This document shows, piece after piece, positions 1 to 12,388 of a stretch of DNA of 63,003 nucleotides (within the stretch, counting starts at the first letter, position 1; each line of letters opens with the position of its first letter). Position numbers and translations under genes: made by a program. This DNA is from Patescibacteria group bacterium (GTDB taxonomy: Bacteria > Patescibacteriota > Microgenomatia > Levybacterales > UBA12049), in contig DATKGX010000033.1 of assembly GCA_035510555.1 (NCBI GenBank), forward strand, positions 1 to 63,003, written 5' to 3'. The notes under the pieces were generated by a model. It was not told the origin of the DNA, did not search any database, and saw only the letters and a program-made list of their open reading frames with translations.

Positions 1-920
<920 letters not shown>

Positions 921-924
921 AATT

Positions 925-1428
925 ATGGAAATATTAAAGACTTTTGGTGTTGACCCAATTTTATTGGGCGCTCAAATCATAAATTTTCTGATAATTTTTT
1001 ATCTGCTCAAACGGTTTTTATACAAGCCGGTGCTTGGAATGCTTAAAAAACGTGAGGATAAAATCAAAGAAGGCATGAAACAGGCTGAAGAAGCCAGAAT
1101 TACCTTAGAAAAAACACTTGAAGAAGAAAAAAAGATTTTTGCCAAGGCGCATGACGAAGCCAAAGCACTGATAGTTGATGCCAAGATGCAGGCCTTGGAA
1201 GTGTCAAAAGAAATCGAAGACAATACTAAAAGGCAGGCTGAAAAAATATTACTTGACGCCAGAGCGCAAATTGAGCAAGATACGAAACGCATGGAGATAG
1301 AGCTTGGAGAAAAAATCAGTGTCTTAGCCAAAGAGATGCTGGAAAAATCGTTACAGGGGGTAATCGGAGAAAAAGAACAACAGCAAATTGTTGCCAAAGC
1401 GGTTAAAAATATTAAAAATACAAATTAA
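925..1428 (+). CDS. atpF: F-type ATP synthase F0 subunit b
   Basis: One N-terminal TM helix followed by a long charged Lys/Glu/Ala-rich helix. Sits between atpE and atpH. Confidence 0.75.
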   Translation: MEILKTFGVDPILLGAQIINFLIIFYLLKRFLYKPVLGMLKKREDKIKEGMKQAEEARITLEKTLEEEKKIFAKAHDEAKALIVDAKMQALEVSKEIEDNTKRQAEKILLDARAQIEQDTKRMEIELGEKISVLAKEMLEKSLQGVIGEKEQQQIVAKAVKNIKNTN

Positions 1429-1430
1429 TT

Positions 1431-1781
1431 ATGACAACCAAACAAGTTAAAAAGTTAGCGGTCGCCAGTTACACCAGGGAATCATTGGACTCTCGGAAAG
1501 TAAATCGAATAACTAAGCTCTTAAACCGCACGCAGTTAAAACGTTATATTCAGTTTTTAAGGATTTTGGAGCAAAGTAAAACTTTAAAAATAATTATGGC
1601 AAAACTTGACACGAAAGGTTTACTAACCAAGCAACTAAAGAAAAAATTTCCCAACAAGAAACTGGAATTCTCAGAGGATAAATCGTTAATTGCCGGCTTT
1701 AAATTAATCGATAACGACATTATCTATGACTATAGCCTAAAAAATACTTTCGAAAATTTGGTATCATATATAAATCACTAA
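1431..1781 (+). CDS. atpH: F-type ATP synthase subunit delta (OSCP), unusually short
   Basis: Sits between atpF and atpA. The C-terminal LIAGFKLIDNDIIYDYSLKN resembles the delta C-terminal beta segment. At 116 aa it is much shorter than canonical delta. Confidence 0.55.
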   Translation: MTTKQVKKLAVASYTRESLDSRKVNRITKLLNRTQLKRYIQFLRILEQSKTLKIIMAKLDTKGLLTKQLKKKFPNKKLEFSEDKSLIAGFKLIDNDIIYDYSLKNTFENLVSYINH

Positions 1782-3305
1782 ATGAATAGTTCAGAAGAAA
1801 TTATCAAGCAATTGGAGAAAAAACTCACCGGCTTTACCACCGACGGAGCGTCTAAAAACGTCGGCGTTGTCGTAAAAAATACCGACGGCGTAATTGTCGC
1901 TTCCGGATTATCCAAAGCCATGATGGCAGAGTTAGTGGTATTTGATAATGGCGCACAGGGAGTTGTATTAAATCTTGATGAAGATTATTGTTCGATAATT
2001 CTCTTAGACAAGTCCACCGATATTAAGGAAGGCGACAGCGTTAAAACCACCGGCATACTTTTAAGCATTGAGGTTTCGGAAAGCTTAGTCGGTAGAGTCG
2101 TCGGAACACTCGGTGACCCACTCGACGGCAAACCAAAAATTAAGGGAGGCAAAAAAATGCCGCTCGAAAGAATTGCTGCCGGAGTTATTCAGCGAGAACC
2201 GGTTAATACTCCGGTCAAAACCGGCATTAAAGCCATTGATACCATGATTCCAATCGGACGTGGGCAACGGGAATTAATTATTGGAGACCGTGGAATTGGC
2301 AAAACTGCCATCGCTATCGATACCATAATCAACCAAAAGCAAGCCAGTAAAGTTAAAGGCGCCAAACCAATGATTTGCGTTTATGTCGCAATTGGTCAAA
2401 AACAAAGCACGATTGCTCAAGTGGTCGAAAAATTAAGAGAAACGGGCGCCATGGATTATTCAATCGTGGTGGTTGCTTCGGCTTCTGATCCGGCCGCCTT
2501 GCAATATTTGGCTCCGTACGCCGGCGTTGCCATTGCTGAATACTTTATGGAAAAAGGCCAAGATGTCTTGGTTGTTTACGATGATTTAACCAAACACGCC
2601 TGGGCTTACCGGCAGATTTCTCTGGTTTTACGCCGTCCCGCCGGAAGAGAAGCATATCCGGGAGACATTTTTTATCTCCACTCCAGACTTTTGGAAAGAG
2701 CCGTTAAGATGAATAAAGAAAATGGAGGAGGATCAATTACCGCCTTACCAATTATTGAAACACAGGCTAATGATATTTCCGCTTATATCCCCACTAACGT
2801 AATCTCGATTACCGACGGACAAATCTTTTTACAGCCTGACTTGTTTAATGCCGGAGTAAGACCCGCGATTGATGCCGGGAACTCAGTTTCCAGGGTCGGA
2901 GGAAGCGCTCAAACCTCAACAATTAAGTCGCTGGCAGGACGGTTGAGATTGGAAATTGCCCAATATAATAATTTAGCCGCCTTTGCCCAATTCGGCAGCG
3001 ATTTGGATGAGGCCACTGCCAAACAATTAGAAAGAGGCAAACGCACCGTTGAAATTTTGAAGCAACCGCAATACAACCCACTAGCGGAACCCCTGGAATA
3101 CTTAAGTGTTTGGTTGGTAACCAGCGGAACTTTGGACAATGTTACCATCGAAAATGTGACGAGATTTGAAACCGAATTCCATGATTACATGGTACGCAAG
3201 GAAGCAAAACTATTGGACGAACTATCAACCGGCCAAAAACCGACAGAAGAATTATTAAAGAAAATTGAAAAAGCAGCTGAAGGATTTAAAAAAAGTTTTT
3301 CTTAA
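1782..3305 (+). CDS. atpA: F-type ATP synthase subunit alpha
   Basis: Walker A GDRGIGKT; conserved LRRPAGREAYPGDIFYLHSRLLERA block. Confidence 0.97.
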   Translation: MNSSEEIIKQLEKKLTGFTTDGASKNVGVVVKNTDGVIVASGLSKAMMAELVVFDNGAQGVVLNLDEDYCSIILLDKSTDIKEGDSVKTTGILLSIEVSESLVGRVVGTLGDPLDGKPKIKGGKKMPLERIAAGVIQREPVNTPVKTGIKAIDTMIPIGRGQRELIIGDRGIGKTAIAIDTIINQKQASKVKGAKPMICVYVAIGQKQSTIAQVVEKLRETGAMDYSIVVVASASDPAALQYLAPYAGVAIAEYFMEKGQDVLVVYDDLTKHAWAYRQISLVLRRPAGREAYPGDIFYLHSRLLERAVKMNKENGGGSITALPIIETQANDISAYIPTNVISITDGQIFLQPDLFNAGVRPAIDAGNSVSRVGGSAQTSTIKSLAGRLRLEIAQYNNLAAFAQFGSDLDEATAKQLERGKRTVEILKQPQYNPLAEPLEYLSVWLVTSGTLDNVTIENVTRFETEFHDYMVRKEAKLLDELSTGQKPTEELLKKIEKAAEGFKKSFS

Positions 3306-3308
3306 GTT

Positions 3309-5957
<2,649 letters not shown>

Positions 5958-5965
5958 CCCCAATC

Positions 5966-5994
5966 TTGCTCTTTAGGACATAATTTCATAAAAT
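5966..5994 (+). promoter_or_regulatory. Candidate sigma70-like promoter for tRNA-Thr
   Basis: TTGCTC (5966-5971), 17-nt spacer, TAAAAT (5989-5994). The tRNA 5' end follows 8 nt downstream. Confidence 0.35.
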
Positions 5995-6002
5995 AAGGTA
6001 GC

Positions 6003-6075
6003 GCCGAAGTAACTCAGCTGGTAGAGTAACTCTTTCGTAAAGAGTAAGTCGTGGGTTCGAATCCCACCTTCGGCT
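6003..6075 (+). tRNA. tRNA-Thr (anticodon CGT), no encoded CCA
   Basis: Hand-folded cloverleaf. Acceptor gccgaag/cttcggc, D stem actc/gagt, anticodon stem actct/agagt with loop ttCGTaa, 5-nt variable loop, T arm gtggg-ttcgaat-cccac, discriminator T. Confidence 0.85.
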
Positions 6076-6091
6076 CAAAGTGGGATGAGAA

Positions 6092-6130
6092 GCGCCGCTT
6101 CTCTGAAGCTAGTCCCCTTGGGGGAAATCT
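6092..6130 (+). repeat. tRNA-trailer element, copy A (39 nt)
   Basis: gcgccgcttctctgaagctagtccccttgggggaaatct. 34/39 identical, with a 25-nt perfect core, to the reverse complement of 29327-29365. In both copies it lies just 3' of a tRNA in the same relative orientation. Contains the hairpin tcccc-ttg-gggga. Confidence 0.8.
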
Positions 6131-6169
6131 CAAACGGAGTGCGATACTGGGCGCGAAGCGCAGCATGCA

Positions 6170-6185
6170 CCACCTTCGGCTCAAA
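6170..6185 (+). repeat. 16-nt direct repeat of the tRNA-Thr 3' end
   Basis: ccaccttcggctcaaa occurs at 6064-6079 (last 12 nt of the tRNA plus 4 nt) and again exactly at 6170-6185, 106 nt downstream. Confidence 0.85.
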
Positions 6186-6207
6186 TTTTGACTAAGTATG
6201 ATATAAT

Positions 6208-6807
6208 TTGCTTATGAACGAAGAACTAATACCATATTTTGGATACGGAGCTAATAGAGATACGCAAATGATGGAAGAAATTACCGGCGCACAGGGATTA
6301 GTTGGCTCACCTGCAACTTTAAAAGGTTGGGGGCTTTGCGTTCAGAGAATAGATCAAGTTCCCAATGTAGTTTTAGCATCTGCTCCAGCTCCAGTTTCAG
6401 TAAGAACATTGCTTGATAATGCCTGTCCTCCCGATTTCGTTAGTTATACAATAAGGCCTGATCCCGACAATGAAGTTACAGGCATGATTTTTATGCTCAA
6501 TCCGCTCCAACGAGAGCTAGTTAGAAATTGGGAATTAATTGATTTTGGTTGGTATCGTGACATTAAAGTCTCAGTTGTAACCCCTGAAGGAGAAAGTATT
6601 CCCGTTCAAACGGAAGCATTAGGAGAAGGACAAGAAGTAGATAGAGAAGTTAACGGACACGATTATCCAACTTTTTTAAATGACAGGGAATTTATGAGAA
6701 CTAATGCAGAAAGTGCAAGAAGTGAATATTTTGAAATGATAGGAGTATCTCCAGAAGGCACGACTATTACTCCAGAGTCTACTCAACCTGCGACGAAAGA
6801 AAAATAG
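6208..6807 (+). CDS. Gamma-glutamylcyclotransferase (AIG2/GGCT)-like protein
   Basis: N-terminal YFGYGANRD resembles the GGCT-fold YGSN motif. TTG start in the track; ATG at 6214 is an alternative. Higher GC than the neighbouring glycosylation genes. Confidence 0.5.
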   Translation: MLMNEELIPYFGYGANRDTQMMEEITGAQGLVGSPATLKGWGLCVQRIDQVPNVVLASAPAPVSVRTLLDNACPPDFVSYTIRPDPDNEVTGMIFMLNPLQRELVRNWELIDFGWYRDIKVSVVTPEGESIPVQTEALGEGQEVDREVNGHDYPTFLNDREFMRTNAESARSEYFEMIGVSPEGTTITPESTQPATKEK

Positions 6808-6866
6808 ACATTGGGTCCTCTGCTTGATTAGGGTTTGAGAGATTGATAGAATAAACGGTAGAACAA

Positions 6867-7586
6867 ATGAGAAGGTCGAGATTAAACAAGAATTTTGAGA
6901 AAAAGACCAAGCGGACGATGATTTTAAGTATTATCGGCATTTTGATAATCTTATTTTTGCTATTCCGGTTCGGGATTGATGCTTTAGTCAACTTCAGTCT
7001 GTTTATTTCCGGCAATAAAAACCAGGCAACCACGCAAAACGGAAACCAAATAAATTATGTGGCAACGCCAATTCTCAATCCCCTGCCGCAAGCCACCAAT
7101 AGCGCTCAAATTGTTATTTCCGGACGATCATCCAAGGGCTATCAAGTGCTCCTCTACGTAAATAGCAGCAATGTTGACCAAGTTAATGCCGATGAAAACG
7201 GTAATTTTGTTTTTAGCGAAAATTTGACCAGTGGCGACAACCAGATAAAAGCCAAGGCAGAGACTAACAATAAACAAAGTGATTTTTCCGACACGATTGA
7301 CGTTACCTTAAAAAACTCGCCGCCCACCTTGGATGTTTCCTCACCTTCGGATGGACAGGGATTTAACAAAAACCAAGTGAATACCGGAAATACCATTAAT
7401 GTCACCGGCAAAACCGATGCCGGCGTAAGCGTTACTGTGAATGGTTTCTGGGCTGTGGTTGACGACGGCAATAATTTTTCCTACACGCTTCCCCTGCAAA
7501 ATGGCGACAATCAAATTAAAATCGTAGCAGTTGACCAGGCGGGAAATAAAGCGGAGAAGGATTTAAAAGTTAACTTTTCTCAGTAA
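6867..7586 (+). CDS. Membrane-anchored protein with two Ig-like repeats
   Basis: Basic N-terminus plus one TM helix (ILSIIGILIILFLLF). Two internally similar beta-rich segments, each ending in ...GDNQIKAKAE / ...GDNQIKIVAVDQAGN. Confidence 0.55.
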   Translation: MRRSRLNKNFEKKTKRTMILSIIGILIILFLLFRFGIDALVNFSLFISGNKNQATTQNGNQINYVATPILNPLPQATNSAQIVISGRSSKGYQVLLYVNSSNVDQVNADENGNFVFSENLTSGDNQIKAKAETNNKQSDFSDTIDVTLKNSPPTLDVSSPSDGQGFNKNQVNTGNTINVTGKTDAGVSVTVNGFWAVVDDGNNFSYTLPLQNGDNQIKIVAVDQAGNKAEKDLKVNFSQ

Positions 7587-8769
7587 GCGCACTCAATACC
7601 CAAATCCACTCAAGAATCAAAACGTAAAATAGACTGTTGACGAAAAATCCATCTATAATCAATCCTGCCAGCCCACAGAACAGCACAACCGCATAAATAT
7701 TCTTCTGAAGATTATTTTTTGCCAATGAAAAAATCTTAAACAGTAAGTAAATGAAAGCAAAAAACCCAACAACTCCAGCGGTCGTCAAAATAAACAAAAA
7801 GCCATTGTCTGTTCCCGCTCCGGAATGTGTAATTTGCCAATAAGCGTTACTTAAGCCATTTTTATGTTGCGCGTAGCGATAGGCGTTGAATCCAACCCCA
7901 AGAATCGGGCTTTGCTGAAAAATCTTGAACCCCGTCTGCAAAGAATCTAACCTTTCAAGGCTTGAAGTCTGTCTGAAGAAATTTGTACCTTCAGTAGAAA
8001 AACTTTTTGGCAAAAGGAAAATGATTGCAATAATTCCAATTAGACAAACCGCGATTAATTTCTTTTGGCCTTTGATAATTAAGAAAGTGGCAACTGAAGC
8101 GATTAGCATTATTAGAGCGCTGCGAGAATAAGTTAGGTAAATAGCAATTAAAGTAACCGTAGAAATACCAAGAGATATTAAAGTTTTCAAGCGATTTTTT
8201 TTCTGGAAATATTTATAGACAAAACTTAGAGAGAACAAGAAATAGAAAACAAAAAATGCTCCGGCGAAATTTGGGTCCAAGAAGCTACTAAACATCCTGT
8301 ACAGATGCTCGTCCCAGCCTAAATAGTAAAGGTTTCTTAGGCTTGGATAAAAGAAAAATTGCAGATACCCCAAAACAATAACCATCAAGCCGGAAAAAAG
8401 CAGTAGGTAAGAAATTCTATTTTTAAACTTTACGTCGAATTTAGAAACTATTACATAAATTAACCCGTACGCTATCCACCTGACAAGATAAAGTGCTGAA
8501 ATCGCTAAGTTCGTTGCACCTAAGTTCGGGAAATTAATTAGTAATGAGATTAAACCGATAACGGAAAAGACAATGATTGGTTTACTTAATTTCCCAAAAG
8601 TGAACTTTCTTTTCTTCAGAATGTGGTTTATAAACCAAACTAAAATAACCCCAACAAGCAAAATATCATTCAGAGAAAACGCCACGCCATTTAGTAGCTG
8701 AATGCGGCCGACTTCGGCGACCGGAAAAGCCAAGAGGAAAATGATGAATGATAATTTTAGTAAACCCAT
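7570..8769 (-). CDS. O-antigen ligase/polymerase (Wzy_C)-like membrane protein
   Basis: Polytopic 399 aa with a TYSRSALIMLIAS segment typical of the O-antigen ligase family, followed by a large loop. Confidence 0.6.
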   Translation of the reverse strand: MGLLKLSFIIFLLAFPVAEVGRIQLLNGVAFSLNDILLVGVILVWFINHILKKRKFTFGKLSKPIIVFSVIGLISLLINFPNLGATNLAISALYLVRWIAYGLIYVIVSKFDVKFKNRISYLLLFSGLMVIVLGYLQFFFYPSLRNLYYLGWDEHLYRMFSSFLDPNFAGAFFVFYFLFSLSFVYKYFQKKNRLKTLISLGISTVTLIAIYLTYSRSALIMLIASVATFLIIKGQKKLIAVCLIGIIAIIFLLPKSFSTEGTNFFRQTSSLERLDSLQTGFKIFQQSPILGVGFNAYRYAQHKNGLSNAYWQITHSGAGTDNGFLFILTTAGVVGFFAFIYLLFKIFSLAKNNLQKNIYAVVLFCGLAGLIIDGFFVNSLFYVLILEWIWVLSALTEKS

Positions 8770-10388
8770 TGTTTGCCTTCTTTGATATATAACCTAACTT
8801 TCGTTAACTTATTATAGTAAATTTGCTGCCAATCGGAAAATCTTGCCGGAATAATCCCGGATTGCACGGCAATGTAATTGAACTTATCACCTTTTTTAAC
8901 CCAAGTCGAATCAATATAATTAAAATTAACGTAATAAAGTTTATTAAAACCATATAAAAGAACCGTATCGTTTTTAGTTAAATGGCTTGCAAAGTAATTA
9001 TCAGTATCGTAAAAATCACCGAAGGAAAAATTTAAATACTTTGTCAAGAATTCCGCTTTTGTCTCTCTTCCTAAAATCACCGGCACAAACTTAGCATTAG
9101 CAATACTTCTGTAACCTACAGAAATTAAGCTGACCAAGATAACAACGCCCACAAGAAATATTTTTAGACGCTTTGTTCCAATCCTACTGATTACGTATGC
9201 CGCCAGAATCGAAAAAACGGGTAGATACGGCAAAATAAATCTTCCTCCTCTGACTTGTTCGGTTAAATACCAAATTATTAAGGCAAGGATTGAATAAATC
9301 GATAAGGTTTTAATCTTAAAATTAAATTTTTTAAACCCTAGAATAAATAACGGTAAAACAATTAAATAGACCGGCGATATCGGGTCATTAAGTCTTAAAA
9401 AGAAATTATAAGCGTCGGATGCGATTGACATAATATTTGGTAAAGAAATAAATGAGAAAGTTGAGGAAGAATCCAGCTGAACTTGACTTAAGTATGGATA
9501 GAGTGGATTTCCGGTATTAATGTAGGAAAAGATAAACCATGGCAAAGGAATAATAAATGTCAAAACGCAAAAAAGTAAATAGTTCTTCGCTACTTCTAAC
9601 CATTGCTCTTTTTGCATAAATTTTTTGTATATAAATAAGGCTAAAAATATCAGCAGTGAAAATGCAGCCACCAATTTAGCCGTTACGGCTAACCCTAAAA
9701 TTATTCCTGAAATAATTAACCACTTCCGCTTCTTACTTTCGAACCAATTTAAAAACCCCCAAATCGCCAACAATTCGAAAAAGCCTCTGGATAAATCAAC
9801 GTAGGCGGTAATCGTCTCCCAACCAACGACCAAATTAGCGTAAAAAATCGCGGAGGCAAGTATAGAGAATTCTTTAGACATAAATTTCCGTGCAATTTTA
9901 TATATCGCTATCAGTATCAGTATTCCAAAAGCGAAATGAATTAGTTTAGCCAATGAATCATTAGCTAAGATTAGCGCCGCAGTATAAAGCATTTCCGTTA
10001 ATTTCGGCATTACCGAGTAGGCCATTTTTACTCCCGGGATATAAATAATCCGGTGGTCAAAGATATACAGTTTGGGAAGAGTTAGATGATACCAAAGGCT
10101 ATCATAAGAAATTTCCGGCCCAAACACTCCGATTAAATTAATTAGCACTTGAATTAAAATTATCAAAGCAACACAACTAAACAGCTTATTTTTCTTAAAC
10201 CATAGAAATAATTTCTTGAGGCTTGGTATTTTGAATAGATACTTAAGTTTCTCTCGATAGAAAATTGCCAGCATTGAGAAATAAACGAGGGTGATTATTA
10301 AAACAGGAAGTTTATAGAATAAACTAGATATTCCCAAGAAGAAAATAAGATATGAATAAATACCAATTAAAATAGCTAAGGCAAACAT
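8757..10388 (-). CDS. GT-C fold (ArnT/PMT-like) membrane glycosyltransferase
   Basis: 543 aa with more than 10 predicted TM helices and an acidic first-loop motif (EISYDSLWYH). C-terminal soluble domain. Confidence 0.55.
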   Translation of the reverse strand: MFALAILIGIYSYLIFFLGISSLFYKLPVLIITLVYFSMLAIFYREKLKYLFKIPSLKKLFLWFKKNKLFSCVALIILIQVLINLIGVFGPEISYDSLWYHLTLPKLYIFDHRIIYIPGVKMAYSVMPKLTEMLYTAALILANDSLAKLIHFAFGILILIAIYKIARKFMSKEFSILASAIFYANLVVGWETITAYVDLSRGFFELLAIWGFLNWFESKKRKWLIISGIILGLAVTAKLVAAFSLLIFLALFIYKKFMQKEQWLEVAKNYLLFCVLTFIIPLPWFIFSYINTGNPLYPYLSQVQLDSSSTFSFISLPNIMSIASDAYNFFLRLNDPISPVYLIVLPLFILGFKKFNFKIKTLSIYSILALIIWYLTEQVRGGRFILPYLPVFSILAAYVISRIGTKRLKIFLVGVVILVSLISVGYRSIANAKFVPVILGRETKAEFLTKYLNFSFGDFYDTDNYFASHLTKNDTVLLYGFNKLYYVNFNYIDSTWVKKGDKFNYIAVQSGIIPARFSDWQQIYYNKLTKVRLYIKEGKQWVY

Positions 10389-10478
10389 ATTCCTCCTCTA
10401 CACAATAAATAATTTAGATAGAGAATCAGTACGATAATGACAAATATTATATACGTTAAGAGTGCGATTTTTTTCATC

Positions 10479-11651
10479 TTATCCTCTAATAAACTGCAAC
10501 GACCAAAAATACTGCATTAAATTCATTAAGATTACGAAAACAAACACCACGTTGGCAAAAATAGTCCAGCGCTTGCCTAGATTTTCAATTTTACTTAAGA
10601 ATATTACAAACAGGAAAAATGGCACAGGAGTAAGTATTAAAAAATAATGTAAATAGATATCATTGGAATAAAAAAGAAAAAGGAAGAGCGGAATCAAAAA
10701 CCAGACAAATAAATAGCGGTTCTCTTTAAGTTTTGTTCGAATAAAGTAATACGCAATAACAAATAAGCTTATTAAAGCCAGTGGAATGCTATTTAAGCCA
10801 AAAAGGCTAACTGTTAAAAAACGGAACGCAAGTAAAGTATTGCGGAAATACCAAAAACATCTTTCTCCATTCCCATGGTTAGCTAGCCAACCAACGAAAG
10901 AACACTGTTCTACTTTTCCTTGAGTAAGAATTAAAATAGCTGCATGAATTTGACTAAAGTTGGTGGTCAAATTTACCCAAATCCAAGGAAAATTAACGGC
11001 CAGTAAGACACAAAGCGCCAACAAATAATATTTCGCTGGAATTTTTCGTACCGGCAGTAAATATAAAAACACCGGAAGCAAAAATATTGTGGTCGCATGT
11101 AACTGCAAACAGATAGCATAGCTGATGGTCAGAAAAATAAAATTGTGTAACTTTTCCTGACGCGTTTTATTGATGAAATATAAACAAAGTATTATGAAAA
11201 ACGGCAGGATGTAAGGATTCCAGGGAAAACTTTGAATCTGGATAAAGTAAGCGCTTACTGTAAAAAGTAAGGAGATTTTTAATGACTGCTCTTTAGAAAA
11301 CCAGCGCTTTGCGGTTAAATACAACAAAGGAATCGATAGGGAATTCAAAACCGCAAAAAAAATTATGTCCACCCTAAAGTCCCCTCTTCCAAGCCAATAG
11401 GGGATTGCTAATAAATAATAATAAAGTGGCCCAAGATTAAAATTTCCGGTTAAACTGGCTCGCGGGCCAAGCAACGGGAAAATTCCCTTCGTGACAATAT
11501 CGCCGGCTATCTTCCAGTGCAAGAGATTATCCCCTGCTAGCTTAATATTAATTAATCCTAATAGTCTTAGGAATAGTCCCAGTAGAAAAATAGCTAGAAG
11601 TAACCAATTCTCCTTTGACCATTTAGCTAATCTTTGTCTGAATAAGTCCAT
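10479..11651 (-). CDS. GT-C fold (ArnT/PMT-like) membrane glycosyltransferase
   Basis: 390-aa polytopic protein with an N-terminal architecture like ArnT/PMT_2 family proteins. Overlaps the upstream GT2 gene. Confidence 0.5.
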   Translation of the reverse strand: MDLFRQRLAKWSKENWLLLAIFLLGLFLRLLGLINIKLAGDNLLHWKIAGDIVTKGIFPLLGPRASLTGNFNLGPLYYYLLAIPYWLGRGDFRVDIIFFAVLNSLSIPLLYLTAKRWFSKEQSLKISLLFTVSAYFIQIQSFPWNPYILPFFIILCLYFINKTRQEKLHNFIFLTISYAICLQLHATTIFLLPVFLYLLPVRKIPAKYYLLALCVLLAVNFPWIWVNLTTNFSQIHAAILILTQGKVEQCSFVGWLANHGNGERCFWYFRNTLLAFRFLTVSLFGLNSIPLALISLFVIAYYFIRTKLKENRYLFVWFLIPLFLFLFYSNDIYLHYFLILTPVPFFLFVIFLSKIENLGKRWTIFANVVFVFVILMNLMQYFWSLQFIRG

Positions 11652-12388
11652 AATTTAGCTCTTACCAAAAAGGAATGGAAACTCATTAAAATTGCCTGCA
11701 CCATACCTGGTATTCCGTCCAAGAAACCTAACCTGAAAAAATAATTTTGTATAAATTTTGCTTTCGGGTAAAAAATTATTTTGAGAACTGATGCTTTCTC
11801 ATGCGCTTCTAAAAGCTCCTTGGCTCTAATAGTTGTATAGAAGTTTATTTCTGACAAAAATTCCGAGATTGTTGGGTGAGGATAATGTATTAAGTGATTT
11901 TCAAATGTATCCGTCTCCCCTTCTACTACCCACTGCTCATGGACTTTACCATACCACGCTCCGGCCTTCTTCCTCGCCAGCCTTAGCAATTTTATCTTTC
12001 CGGTTTCACCGTGCTTTAATAATTTTCCCCAGAGAAAATCCTTTCTAACAACATACATCCCGTTAAATAACGGTTTATTTTTCTCTTCAATAATAAAATC
12101 GTTGATTTCTTGCCTTAGCTTAGGGGAGACTCTTTCATCAGCGTCTATAAACAATACCCACTCATTGGTGGCGCGGGATAAAGCGTAATTTCTTTGTTTA
12201 GAAAAATCCTCCTCCATTGCTTTTTGCAGAATTTTTAAGTGCTTAAGCTTTAGGCTCTCGGCTATTTCGGCTGTCCGGTCTTCTGAGTTATCGTCAAGAA
12301 TTATTATCTCATCTGCCCAAGCGACAGTTTCCAGACAATCCAGAATATTTTCTTCCTCGTTTTTAGTTAAAATGATAACGCTAATCAT
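11627..12388 (-). CDS. Family 2 glycosyltransferase
   Basis: ISVIILTKNEE...IIILDDNSEDRT...IDADE: the classic GT2 (GT-A, DxD) N-terminal pattern. Confidence 0.85.
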   Translation of the reverse strand: MISVIILTKNEEENILDCLETVAWADEIIILDDNSEDRTAEIAESLKLKHLKILQKAMEEDFSKQRNYALSRATNEWVLFIDADERVSPKLRQEINDFIIEEKNKPLFNGMYVVRKDFLWGKLLKHGETGKIKLLRLARKKAGAWYGKVHEQWVVEGETDTFENHLIHYPHPTISEFLSEINFYTTIRAKELLEAHEKASVLKIIFYPKAKFIQNYFFRLGFLDGIPGMVQAILMSFHSFLVRAKLWTYSDKD

